A stretch of DNA of 64,000 bases from a bacterium (GTDB taxonomy: Bacteria > RUG730), in the NCBI GenBank assembly GCA_031551405.1, contig JAVBNQ010000005.1, positions 33,743 through 97,742 of the forward strand, in the 5' to 3' direction. Positions 1 to 16,800 of this stretch are shown here, in pieces (position 1 is the stretch's first letter; every line of letters starts with the position of its first letter). The notes beneath the pieces are model-generated. The model was not told the origin of the DNA, made no database searches, and saw only the letters and a list, made by a program, of their open reading frames with translations. A program made the translations under genes and the position numbers.

Positions 1-382
1 GAAGCGTATAAACCTCATTCAAAAACTTCGGATTATCGCTTATCATAGCAAAAGTAATACTGAGTGCGAGCTCAACCTTTAAATTCTCAGGCAATTTAAT
101 TTTATATTTTACCTTTACTTCGCCTGACTCAAAATTATAATAATCTTTTTCCAAAACAAACCAATCTTGGATCGGAAAATCTTTCAGCTCGTATTGATCC
201 TTCAAAGAAGCCTTCACGCCTTTAAAATCTAAATCAACATCTTTTATTATTATTTCAGATTCGAAGGATTGAGATTCTAGCACATGAATAATTGGTCTAA
301 ACGGAGAAATAATGACTTTTGCAAATAGTGAATCAGAAAGTAATACACAACAAAAAATCAAAAAAAATATTTTAAGACGCAT
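1..382 (-). CDS. Hypothetical exported protein, 5' end of gene only (ATG at 382..380; continues beyond window start)
   Basis: Manual reverse-strand translation is open from 382 to position 1 (MRLKIFFLIFCCVLLSDSLFAKVIISPF...). N-terminal hydrophobic signal-peptide-like segment. Not in the ORF track because it is truncated by the window edge. Confidence 0.45.
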   Translation of the reverse strand, partial: MRLKIFFLIFCCVLLSDSLFAKVIISPFRPIIHVLESQSFESEIIIKDVDLDFKGVKASLKDQYELKDFPIQDWFVLEKDYYNFESGEVKVKYKIKLPENLKVELALSITFAMISDNPKFLNEVYTL

Positions 383-383
383 T

Positions 384-2726
384 TTACTCGACGTAATACT
401 CTAACGTAAGCGTATTTGTTGTATATGCTTCCGAAGATTTAGCATTATCAAAATTTGCGCCGAGATACAAATAATATGTATCGAAATCCTGCCGAACAAC
501 AGTAGTTGATGGCGGTTCTATCATATTAATAGCAAACCCAGCCTCGCCTATGGCATAATGAGCCCCTTTTTCGCTAGTTATTATGTTTACGGCTGATTCT
601 TTATCTACAAATCTCGTAATATTTCTAGTAGGATCGTCCTGCGTATTTTTATCCTTCATCCACTGCCAAATATAATAATTACTCGAAGTTGAGGTTGACA
701 AATTAATATCATTTCCGGATTTAATTTCTACAATAGGCAAATCTGCTCTTGTTTTTCTCGCATCCGTAAGCATCCAGCACGTACCTAAACTTCTAGAGCT
801 ATCTCTTACTCCTACAAGACCCACAGGATTCGCAACTCCCGTATAAACCGGGACCGCTGATGTACCTTTATTATCAGTATAAATTTGAATACCCCACTTA
901 GCCATATCGTAATTTATAATTTTTGTCTCAATATATTGATCAGAAGCCTGCCAATTGAAAGGAAGTGATGGAATATTCCAACTCAACGACTGAGCTCCCA
1001 TATTGTTACTAACGTTTTTTATATTAGTATCAAAAGTAATAGGCTCTTCAACTGCAGATAACCACTTAATGTCATCTATATAAAATTCTGTTGAAACTGC
1101 TGTACCACCTTCGTCAGCAAGAATAAAAGTATCTATTATTTCTGAAAAATTCAGATTAGGTTCTTTAACTTTAAAATTATACAACAATATCCTAACTTCT
1201 TGCCAGTCCCAATCAAGTCTATATCCAAGTTCTGAGAGTTTTATTTTTGCTTTATTATCGTTTACTGAGACATATTTTGAGCGAATACCCACTGTTAAAT
1301 CTCGAGCAGGGTATCCTGCTCCAAATTTTATCTTAAAACTCAATATACTAGGAGGAGAGTTGGTGAAACTCAAATTTCTTGGCTTAAGTTCAGGCTCAGA
1401 AATGGCAAAACCGGCCCATCCAGTAGAAGAATAAACCTCATAATTAACTTTCAATGATCTATTGCCTGTTATTCCTGCAGAATTTTCAGAGGATGTACTA
1501 ATTCTAATGTCAGCAGAATCTTTAAAAATTCCTAGTGTGCCATATTTAATATAGTTCGAAAAAACATTAAATCTCGACTTCCAGTCTATAAGATGTGAAA
1601 TAGAAATGCTACTTACTGCAGTCAGCGTTTTATCGCTGTAGTCTAAATTATCAGGATCTTTAGGCACAGTGGCAGTTACAGTAATATTATGACTTCCAAT
1701 TGCATTACTCTGGAAAGAATTTAAATACCCTCTTGTGTTTGCTAAACTACCGCCTGAAGCATTCCAGGTCGGAGGATTTATGGCTGATAAATTATCAAAA
1801 CCATCATATGCTTCTGCTGATAAAAATATAGGGGTATTTCCAGGAAGGGTTAAACCAGAGGTTGAAATTTTGATTTGCGTTGGCATTTCATTAAAAAGCA
1901 CAAAATTATCAAAATAAAAAGTTGTGTACCCAGTAGTGGAAACTGAAACAACAAAGCCTAAAACTGAATCTAGTTTTGCATTATTAGCTTGAGCAGAATG
2001 TATTCTTTTATAAGCGTTTAAAAACTGAGAAGTAGAAAATACTACATTGTACCAACCATTTATTGCTTTAGAAGGGTCCATCTGTTTTTCAATAAACTTT
2101 AAATCCATAGCCGCTGTAGTATAACCAGGAATAAAATCCTCTAATGTAATACTCAGCCTAGCCGTAGTTGTACCATCTTGTACGACATATCCAAAATTAA
2201 GTCCATCTTTTTTATTGCCAAATTTCAAGTTTAACATTACAAGTTTATAATCTTTCAAATTCTTTTTTCTCGAATTAACAAAATCTATATATTCACCTGA
2301 AAAATACCCTTTTGCATGAAAATAATGATATTCCTCAAAGTCTCCATAAGTGAAGTCCATCGATGCTTGTGACATACAAACCCCTATCGGCTTTTTACTA
2401 GCCAAAAGCTCGCTAGGCGCTAATTTAGCTGCCTCGTCCAAAGTTGAATAACCAGCCCATTTCATGAATCTACTATACCCACCATCTTTATACGAGTCTA
2501 GAATATTTTTCATCTTTTGAGCCAAAGCTGCTTTTTCAGGTGTATCAGTTGTATAAGGAGTCACCCAGTATGGAGCATAATCACCAACTATAATAATTTT
2601 AGTATCGCAAATATCAGTGTAATGATCAGAAAATATAGCGTATACGCTATCATTCGTTGCAGCGAAAAGTTTTAACAGACAAATAGAAAAAAATACTACC
2701 GTTAAAAAAAACGCTTTGAATTTCAT
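384..2726 (-). CDS. Hypothetical secreted protein (780 aa) with N-terminal signal peptide
   Basis: Long ORF; N-terminus MKFKAFFLTVVFFSICLLKLFAA is signal-peptide-like; no family motif recognised by eye. Confidence 0.6.
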   Translation of the reverse strand: MKFKAFFLTVVFFSICLLKLFAATNDSVYAIFSDHYTDICDTKIIIVGDYAPYWVTPYTTDTPEKAALAQKMKNILDSYKDGGYSRFMKWAGYSTLDEAAKLAPSELLASKKPIGVCMSQASMDFTYGDFEEYHYFHAKGYFSGEYIDFVNSRKKNLKDYKLVMLNLKFGNKKDGLNFGYVVQDGTTTARLSITLEDFIPGYTTAAMDLKFIEKQMDPSKAINGWYNVVFSTSQFLNAYKRIHSAQANNAKLDSVLGFVVSVSTTGYTTFYFDNFVLFNEMPTQIKISTSGLTLPGNTPIFLSAEAYDGFDNLSAINPPTWNASGGSLANTRGYLNSFQSNAIGSHNITVTATVPKDPDNLDYSDKTLTAVSSISISHLIDWKSRFNVFSNYIKYGTLGIFKDSADIRISTSSENSAGITGNRSLKVNYEVYSSTGWAGFAISEPELKPRNLSFTNSPPSILSFKIKFGAGYPARDLTVGIRSKYVSVNDNKAKIKLSELGYRLDWDWQEVRILLYNFKVKEPNLNFSEIIDTFILADEGGTAVSTEFYIDDIKWLSAVEEPITFDTNIKNVSNNMGAQSLSWNIPSLPFNWQASDQYIETKIINYDMAKWGIQIYTDNKGTSAVPVYTGVANPVGLVGVRDSSRSLGTCWMLTDARKTRADLPIVEIKSGNDINLSTSTSSNYYIWQWMKDKNTQDDPTRNITRFVDKESAVNIITSEKGAHYAIGEAGFAINMIEPPSTTVVRQDFDTYYLYLGANFDNAKSSEAYTTNTLTLEYYVE

Positions 2727-2792
2727 AATAAAAAAACCTCTAATAATTTTTATATTTTGGATACTATTATTTTTTAAAATTCAAGTCAAGTT

Positions 2793-3989
2793 TTAATTAA
2801 AAAAATAATCAAAAACCTGTCGCATTGATACATTTGAAATATTGTAATCTTTAAATTTTTCGTAAATAGTTTCAATTGCTTTATCTAATTCTTCGTTTTT
2901 TATACCGTTATTTATAGTCAAATAAGCCTCTATGTATGCAGCTAATTTATCAGCTATTTTTACTAATATACCATCTCGTGGACTGTATTTATCGTAATTA
3001 TATTGCTGAGGGATAAAATCTGCAATCTCATAATATTTTTCATCTTTTAAGATGAGATTAGAAAACTCGTTTTCTGTAAAAATTTTTAAATCTTTCGTAA
3101 TATTTTTTGGCAAAATACTATAAATTTTTTTCATTTCTTCTCGTTCATAATCTTTGATAAAATCATCTAACCCTTCAACGTTAAACTTTATGGGACTAAT
3201 TATATCTCTGGTCAGCGCTTCCGGCAAATCATGAAATAATCCGGTGAAAAAATTATTGTAAATACGGCTGTCACATGCAGAACTTTCTATCGAAAAAAAA
3301 TAACTTATGAGCGCCACCAAAAACATGTGTCCAAGAACACTAGTTTTTGGGATTCGGTACAATTGATTCCAGCGGATTTGATATCTGAGCGACCCGCAAA
3401 TATTAACAAACTTCTTCAAATTATCGCTAAAAGCAAGCTCTTTCACGCTCGTAAGATCAGCGAATTCTTGCTCTCTAGCTATCATATCATTTTTTACTTC
3501 TTCCGTCTGATAACCGTTTAAATTATAATCTTTTATAATATCAAATTCCCATTTTGTTGCTAAAAAATGCGCAGCTTGCAAAATACGTTTATTTATATCG
3601 TAGTCGCAAGTCTCATCAAAAATATAATCTTTAAACTTTTTCAAAAAAATTCCATCATTAATTGATACAAAATCTGGCTCGATTTTTTTGATCAAAAAAA
3701 GGTTTAGCTGCTTATACTTCTCTTTGTCATTTTTAATTTTGAAGAATAACGCCGGCTTGATATCAGTCCAACTCACTCGCTGCAAAAATTCAAAGATTCC
3801 GCCTTCTATGAGCTTCACCCAATCAATTTTTTTACCAAAATTCTCCTCAGTTTTTGCCAAAGTGTACGCGAAAATCATTTTATGAGCTTGCTTATCGAGC
3901 TCGTAGAAATCTATCGGCCGCAAATAATCGTTCCATCTCTGCATAAAAGCTGCTTTATACAAATACAAAAATAAATTTTTACTCAACAT
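2793..3989 (-). CDS. HD-domain phosphohydrolase family protein
   Basis: 398-aa ORF with H...HD-like metal-binding context (GHMFLVALISYF ... FHDLPEALTRDIISP). Confidence 0.55.
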   Translation of the reverse strand: MLSKNLFLYLYKAAFMQRWNDYLRPIDFYELDKQAHKMIFAYTLAKTEENFGKKIDWVKLIEGGIFEFLQRVSWTDIKPALFFKIKNDKEKYKQLNLFLIKKIEPDFVSINDGIFLKKFKDYIFDETCDYDINKRILQAAHFLATKWEFDIIKDYNLNGYQTEEVKNDMIAREQEFADLTSVKELAFSDNLKKFVNICGSLRYQIRWNQLYRIPKTSVLGHMFLVALISYFFSIESSACDSRIYNNFFTGLFHDLPEALTRDIISPIKFNVEGLDDFIKDYEREEMKKIYSILPKNITKDLKIFTENEFSNLILKDEKYYEIADFIPQQYNYDKYSPRDGILVKIADKLAAYIEAYLTINNGIKNEELDKAIETIYEKFKDYNISNVSMRQVFDYFFN

Positions 3990-3992
3990 TTT

Positions 3993-4445
3993 TTATTTTT
4001 CTTTATAATCCAAAATTACTTTTCCATCTAAATGATCAAGTTCATGTTGAACTGCAATTGCTTCAAGGCCGGTCAATAAAACTGTGATTTCATGCCCATC
4101 ATAATTTAATCCTCTAACGACGACTTGGCTAGCTCTATTGACTTTTATAGTTTCTCCCGGAACGCTCAAACACCCTTCCTCTCCACAAACTTCTCCCTTC
4201 CGTGTCAAAATAACAGGATTAGCCAAAAATATAACATTACGATTTTTCTCATTACAAATATCGACCACAAACATTCTCTTCAAAATTCCTACTTGAACAG
4301 CTGCAATTCCAATTCCTTTTTTCTCGTACATCAAAAGCTTCAAATCGTTAAAAAGGCGTTTTTCTTCTTCTCCAACTTTTTTAATTTCAACAGATCTTTT
4401 TGTTAATATTTCATTCGGATAAGTGATTATTTTCAAAGTTGCCAT
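3993..4445 (-). CDS. def: Peptide deformylase
   Basis: All three PDF signature motifs present: GIGIAAVQVG, EGCLSVPG, HELDHLDG; 150 aa. Confidence 0.9.
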   Translation of the reverse strand: MATLKIITYPNEILTKRSVEIKKVGEEEKRLFNDLKLLMYEKKGIGIAAVQVGILKRMFVVDICNEKNRNVIFLANPVILTRKGEVCGEEGCLSVPGETIKVNRASQVVVRGLNYDGHEITVLLTGLEAIAVQHELDHLDGKVILDYKEK

Positions 4446-5231
4446 TTATTTTTTTCCTCGTCTAAATTCAGTCTCATTTTTATTAAGCCCGATTACATCT
4501 TCCTGTTCAATATCATACACACTCACTATGTTTATTTTAGTATTTTTGAAAAAAATTTGAAAGGATTTTTTTATCAAGTTTATCTCTTCCGGATTAAGCG
4601 GTTTTGTATCGCAAGGGCGCAAAGGCGTGTTAATTTGAATCCTGTCAGGCGACAAATTTTTTATAATTTCGAAATATTTCTCGTATGAATCCTTATTTTG
4701 ATTCGTAAACATTATTTGAATTTCCAAAATCCCGACAAATTCCTCTCGAAATTTTTTCAGTCCGCTATAAATTTTATCGAAGGAAAGCGAGCTATCCGGC
4801 CTATTAATTTTACGGAACATTTCGTCGTCACAAATATCGAATTTTGCCAAAACCACGTCAGCTTCTCGCAAATCTTTTCTTACTTCCGGTAAATAAAAAT
4901 TGGAAGAATTCGTGATTACGGCAATTTTTTCAGGTCTAATTTTTCGTAATTCGCGGATCACTTCGCCCAAATTCGTAGCCAAAGTCGGCTCGCCTCGTCC
5001 TGAAAACGTCATGAAATCTATCTTTATGTTTTTATCTAAAGCCCGAATTTCAGACAAAACTTCATCAGTTGGAACAAAAATTTTTCGCTCTGTTTGTAAA
5101 TCAGACTCATTTCCGAGCTGACAATAAACGCAATTGTAATTGCACATTTTTTTTAGACTGGAAATCAAGTCAATTCCCAAAGAAATTCCAAGTCTCCATG
5201 AAAAAACCGGACCATAAATAAATTTGTTCAT
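4446..5231 (-). CDS. Radical SAM domain protein
   Basis: CNYNCVYC (CxxxCxxC) cluster motif near N-terminus; N-terminal GPVFSWRLGISLGIDL. Confidence 0.7.
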   Translation of the reverse strand: MNKFIYGPVFSWRLGISLGIDLISSLKKMCNYNCVYCQLGNESDLQTERKIFVPTDEVLSEIRALDKNIKIDFMTFSGRGEPTLATNLGEVIRELRKIRPEKIAVITNSSNFYLPEVRKDLREADVVLAKFDICDDEMFRKINRPDSSLSFDKIYSGLKKFREEFVGILEIQIMFTNQNKDSYEKYFEIIKNLSPDRIQINTPLRPCDTKPLNPEEINLIKKSFQIFFKNTKINIVSVYDIEQEDVIGLNKNETEFRRGKK

Positions 5232-5241
5232 ATTGTTTCGC

Positions 5242-5673
5242 TCATCCTTTTTTCAATGTTAAAACTTTCTCAATTTCATAAATTTTAAACCTAAAATTTT
5301 TGAATTTTGGCGACAATTCTGCAAAATCCGCGTCAACACTTTCCAGCAATTTCGAATATTCTTCTAAAACTCTCAAAGCTTCCTCTATTCTTTTGAAATT
5401 TGCAACCAAAAGCGCGTCAATATTTTCTCTATTTTTTTCTTTGAAAGTCGCGCCAACATCATTTTCTACGTCTCTTTGAGACAAAAGCTTTGCGTAAATT
5501 CCCACAGACAAACTCGACAAACTGTGCCTGATAAAACGAATTTCATCCATAGTTTTATCGTCGCGAATGCAAAATCGAACATATTCTTCGACAACTCGTA
5601 ATCCTTCTTTTGCACGATTGAAATTCGCATCCAAAATTCTGTAAATTTTATTAGAATCCATTTTAATTATCAA
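5242..5673 (-). CDS. Hypothetical protein with internally duplicated ANFxRxxEgLRVxEEY motif
   Basis: 143-aa ORF; two copies of the motif (ANFNRAKEGLRVVEEYVRF and ANFKRIEEALRVLEEYSKL). Confidence 0.45.
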   Translation of the reverse strand: MIIKMDSNKIYRILDANFNRAKEGLRVVEEYVRFCIRDDKTMDEIRFIRHSLSSLSVGIYAKLLSQRDVENDVGATFKEKNRENIDALLVANFKRIEEALRVLEEYSKLLESVDADFAELSPKFKNFRFKIYEIEKVLTLKKG

Positions 5674-6673
5674 CTTCGATTTTGTCTAATTCTCGAGCAA
5701 AGAAAACACACAAAACTGCGACAAAAATGTACAAATAAATTGCAAAAATAAAGCTTGATTTTGTAATCAAATATGCGGTTATTGCAGCAAAAAATGACGC
5801 AAAATATAGAGTAAAAACTATTTTTTTGACAGGCCAACCCTTAATTTTCAGACGAACCGCTACGTGATCTTTGCTTCCAAGAAAAATTGATTTTCCTTTT
5901 TGCGCCCTCTTGATCATAATGTAAATCGTATCGTAAATAGGTACGATTAAAATTAAAATTGGGGTAAAAATAGAAATTTCATTCTTTGTAGAATAATTCG
6001 CACCGAGAGAAACCGCAGCCAAAACCGTGCCAATGAACATGCTGCCAGCGTCGCCCATAAAAATTTTGGCAGGATAAAAATTGTGCTTCAAAAAACCCAA
6101 ACAAGCGCCCGCAAGACTAATTGCAGCAAAATTGACGTACGAAGCCTCGTACTTGAAATGTATAAAAAAAAATGCAAACGACGCAATAATCGCAATCCCA
6201 CTAGAAAGTCCGTCCATAATATCAATCAAATTTACAGCATTAATGATCCCGATAATCCAAAAATACGACAGAATTATTGAAATATAATCTGGTTCGATAA
6301 ATTTTATTTTCATGCCGTAAAATATCAAAATTGTTGCAGAAACAAATTGCCAGACAAACTTTTTTTTAAAATTCCAATCTTTCAGATCGTCAAATAATCC
6401 AATGAGCAGCGAAATAAAACTCGCCAAAAATATTCCTCGCAAACTTCGTAAAACGCCGGTCTCAAAATGCGTGCAAAATCTGACGATTATGAGAGTTGCG
6501 TAAAACGAGCCTGCGATAGCCAAACCGCCCAAATAAGGAGTTGGATCTTTATGATTTTTTATGTCAGAAATAGGATTGTCGTAAATTTTAAACTTTATAG
6601 CAAATTTTTTGGCTGTGAACGTAAAAAAAAATGCAAACAAAAAAGACAACAAAAAAGTTAAAAGATAAATCAT
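5663..6673 (-). CDS. Glycosyltransferase family 4 polyprenyl-phosphate HexNAc-1-phosphate transferase (WecA/MraY family)
   Basis: Multi-pass membrane protein with LFDDLKD, NAVNLIDIMDGL and FMGDAGS motifs characteristic of the MraY/WecA family. Confidence 0.75.
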   Translation of the reverse strand: MIYLLTFLLSFLFAFFFTFTAKKFAIKFKIYDNPISDIKNHKDPTPYLGGLAIAGSFYATLIIVRFCTHFETGVLRSLRGIFLASFISLLIGLFDDLKDWNFKKKFVWQFVSATILIFYGMKIKFIEPDYISIILSYFWIIGIINAVNLIDIMDGLSSGIAIIASFAFFFIHFKYEASYVNFAAISLAGACLGFLKHNFYPAKIFMGDAGSMFIGTVLAAVSLGANYSTKNEISIFTPILILIVPIYDTIYIMIKRAQKGKSIFLGSKDHVAVRLKIKGWPVKKIVFTLYFASFFAAITAYLITKSSFIFAIYLYIFVAVLCVFFARELDKIEVDN

Positions 6674-6699
6674 CGGTTTTCCTCAACAAAACACAAATT

Positions 6700-10787
<4,088 letters not shown>

Positions 10788-10818
10788 TAATATGCTCCGG
10801 ATTTATGAATTTTCTTTT

Positions 10819-13800
10819 TTAAAACTCCCAATTGAGTCTTACGTCAAATCCTTGTTCAGAATAATATTTTTTTGTCTCGCTTATGTACGAAAATCCTAAA
10901 CTATATTGATTTAACATTTTTATATCTAATCCAATTCTCACTCTTAAAACATCTCCTGATTCTATGCCTTTTATCTTCCAAGTCTCGCTTCCGCCAACAA
11001 ATTTTCCTTCGCCTTTCGTTTCTTTGTCTCCTACTCCAAATCCATAATTAACGTCTATTATTCCAATTAACGTACTCATAAACGAATTATCAAACACAAC
11101 TTTTTGCGCAAACTTCACTCCGATTGGAATCTCTCCTACATTCATATCAAACTGCCTTATTTCCCTCGTCACGCTCGCGTCTCCTTTCTCCATAAATCCG
11201 TCGCCATACATCTTTCCCACATTCAACCCAATATGCGGCATTATTTGTCCACACCAGCTCTCTGACTCAAATTCCTTAGCCAAGATCCCTAACTCTCCAT
11301 TCGCTCCAACATAATTCAAATCATATTTTCCTTTTGCTTCGGTCTTTAAAAACTTGTAATACGTATTCTCTTCATTCGTTGTATTTCCAAACTCAAGTCC
11401 AACATTCGCATAATATTTTTCTCCATCATAAGCTCCATACAACGCTCCTCCAAATCCTCTCACCTTCATAGTCAGAGTTTTATCGTTCGCAAACAATTCT
11501 CCTTCGTCATACTGCAATGCTCCTCCTACCAAATATTCACCAATAAACCTGTCGTATCCAAGGGTAAATCCTTTTGGCTCATATTCGTATTCTACTTTTT
11601 CTGCTTGGGCTTTCTGTTCAATCTTTCGACTAGAGTACATTCCCCAAATCTTTTGCGGATATCCCTCGTTATGTCCCAATGTCGCCATCGTACCTATAGA
11701 CGCATATTCTGTAAACGGATCTATAGTATCTCCATAATGAAAACTGTCCAATCTGCTATCCAATCTACCTCTTAGCGTCTTCATATGTTCCAAAAGAGTA
11801 TCTCTCGTACTCATCATCGCACTTCCCTCCAGCTCAACTCCCAGCTTTTCCAATTCCAACGCCAAATCCTCAGAAATCCCTCCAGTCGCATAAATATCCT
11901 CAAACATTTTTCTTTCTTTATTCGGTAAATTCGGATTATTCCTGTAACAATCGATCGCCTCCTTAAATCCAAACGCATCTTTCAATGCCATCAAATTTAT
12001 GATTAAATCAAAATTTTTACCAGTCAAATTGTTCGCATTTTCTTCATAATAAACGTCAATTAAATTGTTGAAACAAGAAAAACTACTTTTTTTCCCCGGA
12101 ATATACGAATTTTCATTATTCGTAACTATAGCATTTTCTAAAATCGTTTTACCTGTCTTTAATGATACAACATCTATAATATTCACTTGCAATATCACTC
12201 CATCTTCTACTTTTACTGTTTCAGCTGACAATTCCGTAGTTTTAGATGTACTAAAAAATGGCACAAATGTTGCATCTTTTTCAAAAATTAATTTTGTATC
12301 ATAATTCGGATTTAAAAATAATCTTTGGCTTTCTGTCATATCCAGTACACCTTCTTTTACCGTAAAACTTCCATTCGACGCTATCGAATTTTCTCCATAT
12401 AATTTCAAAACTCCTTGCCCGGTTTTCTTAATATTAACAAAACCATTTCCTGCGGATGTTTGTATTGAGTCTTTAATTTCTAAAAATTTTCCGTCATTTA
12501 TATCAAAATTTATATAGATTTTATTCCCAACTTTTTTCGCGTCCAAAAACATAAAATTTGATATTCCGTTTGCAGTATTCCCAAACCAAACGGTTTTATC
12601 ATTCGCAAACTCGTTTATTTTGAAATTCAAAGACGCATTACCTTCTACATAAATTGCTCCGCCATTTACTCCGGATGCATGATTGTTTATAAAAATTGGA
12701 TTCAAAAATTCAACACTATTTATATCACTCATAGCTAATGCAGTCATATAAATCGCTCCTCCACTTTTCGCCTCATTATTCGAAAAAATTACTTCACTAA
12801 ATTTCACATTGGAATTATCCAAATAAAGCGCTCCGCCTTTGTCTCCGGATTTGTTGCTGTCAAATATCGCCGCATCCTTAAAAACTGCCATACTATCTGC
12901 CAAAAACATTGCTCCGCCATCAACCTCTGCGCTGTTGTAACGAAACGGTACGCTTCCGTAGAACAAAACTTTCGAAGCATCAAAAAAAGCAAAACCGCCG
13001 CTGCCGTTTAACGCCGTATTTGATGTGACAACAACATTCGTAAACGTATGTGTTCCGATAAGTACATAAAGAGCGCCTCCATTTGCCTCAGCAGCATTAT
13101 TGCTTAATATCACATTATTCATGTTCGATTTAGCTAGGGGATTTGTTGATCTTAACACAGATCCGGACGTTGCGATGTAAGCGCTATCTATCGTCAAATT
13201 ATTTATTGTTAGAGTCGTTGCATCAACAAGATTAAAAAGCGAACCGCGCTGGAAAGTAGTAGTATCTTTCAAGACTCCCGATATCACGCTGTGTGAAGCA
13301 TCATTGTCATATCCTTGAACCAACACGCTTCCTCTGGCCGTATCATCAAGCGAAGCTCCTAAATGATAAATGTCCGGCTGATTAATAAAAAATGAAAAAT
13401 TAAAGCCTCTAGTACCGGAATATATATTAATTTTATTCAAGGAATATTCATCAGCCTCTTTTATTACCGTAAGCTCTACTCCGGTTTGATCGCTATCAGT
13501 AGTGAACGCATATTCGTAAACCGTCGTGGCTATGACAGATTGCACGGAATTTAGAAAATGAAGCCCGCTGAGCACCGTAGAACTGTAACTTCCGGACAAA
13601 CCGCTATCGAGGTTATCATTAACAATCTTTATGAATCTCAAAGAAACTGTATCTGTGCTTGCTTGAGTTACGAGTTTATCTGAAGAAAATGATCCGGTTC
13701 CCGTACTGTTATTAAAGCTTATGGTAAAATCAAGCTCGGAATTCGAAGTACCCAAATTATTGAATGTCACGGTTCTTGTATTGTTCAGGCTTGTGGTAAG

Positions 13801-16800
13801 GTCTAACACCGCATTATTGAAAAAATATGCGGTTCCGTTTGTATATGTGTTTGCGCCAAAAGACACCTTGGAATTTTCAAAAATAACGGTATTGGCATTT
13901 GTGTTGCCGAGACTAGTGGAAAGCAAATAATTGGATTTAAAAGATGCAAAAGAAGCTGTTCCAAAATACGCAATCGCATCACTGCCGGTAAAAGATAGAT
14001 TGGAGGAAGAGACGGTAGTAAGAGGAACATCAGTATTGTAATGCTGAAGTGTGCCTGTACTGCCAAGCTTTACGCTGTAGTAATATGAATCTCCAGTAAC
14101 ATTGAGCAATGCGTTGTTTGAAACATTATTTGTCCCGGCAAACATCTTGCCTGAAGAACTGACTATTATTTCTCCGCCGGTCTCATTTAAAGTTCCGGTA
14201 AAACCCGAACTGTCGCCGTTTATAAGCAGACGTCCGTCATTTGACTTGTTTATTGTCCCAATACCTGCTATTCCGCCTTCTATAACAACATCATTCAGCG
14301 TACCGTTAATATTTATGCTACTCGCAGCATTATAAATATCATTGCCTAATCCGGAAGCCGAATTATTAAAAAATACAATATTCCCCAAAAAGGAGTTAAG
14401 ATATAACACTCCTAAATTATATATTGCTCCGCCGTTACCACCGGATTTATTTCCTTCAAAAACGCCGGCATTTATATTGACTGTGCCTCCACTTGAATAA
14501 ATAGCTCCACCGTTGCCGGTTGCGCTATTGTTATAAAAAAGACTACCATTTGAAGTTATGGTTCTTGTGTTATATACAGCTCCTCCGGAAAGAGCAGTAT
14601 TCGACGAAAAAATAATTTCGGAATCCAAATTGAGCGTTCCGGAATTATAAATAGCTCCACCACTGGACGACGCAGAATTTTTAATAAAATTCACAGAAGA
14701 GACATTTATAATCGAATTTGCACTGTTATTATTCCATAATGCACCACCGTTAAGCGCAGAATTACTGATAAAATCACTGTCTGTAATACTGAGAATATTA
14801 GTCGCAGAAGTTGTAACATGATAAATGGCACCACCTGAACCTGTCGCAGTGTTATTTGCAAATAAACTGTAGTCGATAGTTATGAGGCCCGTGTTATAAA
14901 CTGCGCCGCCGCTGCTTGAAGAAATATTGTAACTAAACTCATTAGTGTCTATGTTTATCGTTCTTGTATTATATATCGAACCGCCGTTTACTGCCGTATT
15001 CGAAGAAAATGTGTTTCCGTAATTTAAATTTAAAAGTCCGGAATTATATATTGCACCGCCGTTTGACGACGCGCTATTTTGTGTGAAATTCGATGAAGAG
15101 ACATTTATAATCGAATTTGCACTGTTATTATTCCATAATGCGCCGCCGTTAAGTGCAGAATTACTGATAAAAGCGCTGTCTGTAACACTTAGAACATTGG
15201 TCGTAGCCGTTACAACATGATAAATGGCTCCGCCATACGCAGTAGCCTGGTTATTCATAAATACGCTATCACATATTGCTAGCGCGCTGTTGTTATAAAT
15301 CGCGCCGCCTAAACCCGTAGATAAATTGCTAGTTCCTGACGCAATATTTGTAGTAAACGCGCTTCCTGTAATTGTAGAGGAAGCAGTATTATAAATGGCT
15401 CCGCCGTTGCCAGTAGTTCCGCTTACAAATGTTGCCGTATTTGAACTAAAAACGACATTATCAACCTTTCCGCCTCCTTGATATATCGCACCGCCGCTAC
15501 CCGCGCTATTCCCTACAAACGTTGAAAAAGCTATCGCATAACCCATACCGTTTGAAGCAAAATAAACGGCTCCACCGTACATCTTGGCGCTGTTAGTTTG
15601 AAAAATAGAATTGGTTATTGATGTGAAAACATTTGAAGCATTATGATAAAATGCGCCGCCGCCATTATTGCCGCTGGTCGATAGTGAAGCATTATTTGTA
15701 AACACAGATCCATCAAAAGTTATTGTCGAACCCGCGACATTACTGTTACTGTAAATCGCGCCGCCGCTGACGGCTGCCTGATTTCCTATAAAAGAATTTC
15801 CGGAACCAAACGATAAAACCGCGTTTGTGGTGTTAAAAATCGCTCCGCCGCTGACTGTTGCCTTGTTCCCTATAAAAGAATTTCCAGAACCAAACGATAA
15901 AACTGCGTTTGTGGTGTTATAAATCGCGCCGCCCGAACCGCCGGCAGAATTACCATTGAATGAACTTCCCGTAACACCAACCGATGAATTCACTCCAGTA
16001 TTATAAATTGCTCCTCCGTTACTTGTTGCAGTATTCGTTGAAAACACTACATTTTCTATCGTAACTGATGATATAGATCCGGCAACACCTGCATTGTATA
16101 ATACGCCGCCGTTAGCCGCACTGTTTAAATCAAAAAGTCCGCCATTAATTTTTACTGTCGCTGAAGATCCTGTCTCAGAATAATTGTAAATAACTCCTCC
16201 GTTATTGGTTGCGCTGTTGGCAGTAAAAGTGCTGTTGCGTATGTCAAGCAACGCTTCCGCGTCAGAATTTTTCCCGCCAAAATTATATATTACGCCGCCC
16301 AATCCGTTTCCTGTACCTCCCAGTGCTTTATTTTCTTTAAACAAAGAGCCTTCAATAAATGTTTTGACATCCTTTCCGTAAGCGCTTGGGTTGGATGTTC
16401 CTTGCCATGTATTTTGGGCAATTACCCCGCCCTTATAGGCAGAATTTGAGATGAATTTATTTCCTGAAGAGATATGTACCTCAACTTCAACTGTAACCAT
16501 GGAGGAGACATAAACAAGCCACTGAGTCGTGCTGAAAATAGCTCCGCCGCTAGCTCCGGATGTTCCGGTAGACGAATTATTTTCAAAAGTATTTCCATAA
16601 TCAACGTATAAGTAGCCTTCATTATAAATAGCTCCGCCGCCAGATCCGGAAAAAGTGGTATTAAAATTTCCTTTAAAAATATTGTTTGATAAATGCATAG
16701 TTCCATTGTCGCCGTTAGTAATGGCTCCGCCTACTCCGGCTGAGTTGTTTTCAAAATAACTGTTTTTAATTTCGCCTTTAGCAGAATCAAACACTTCTCC

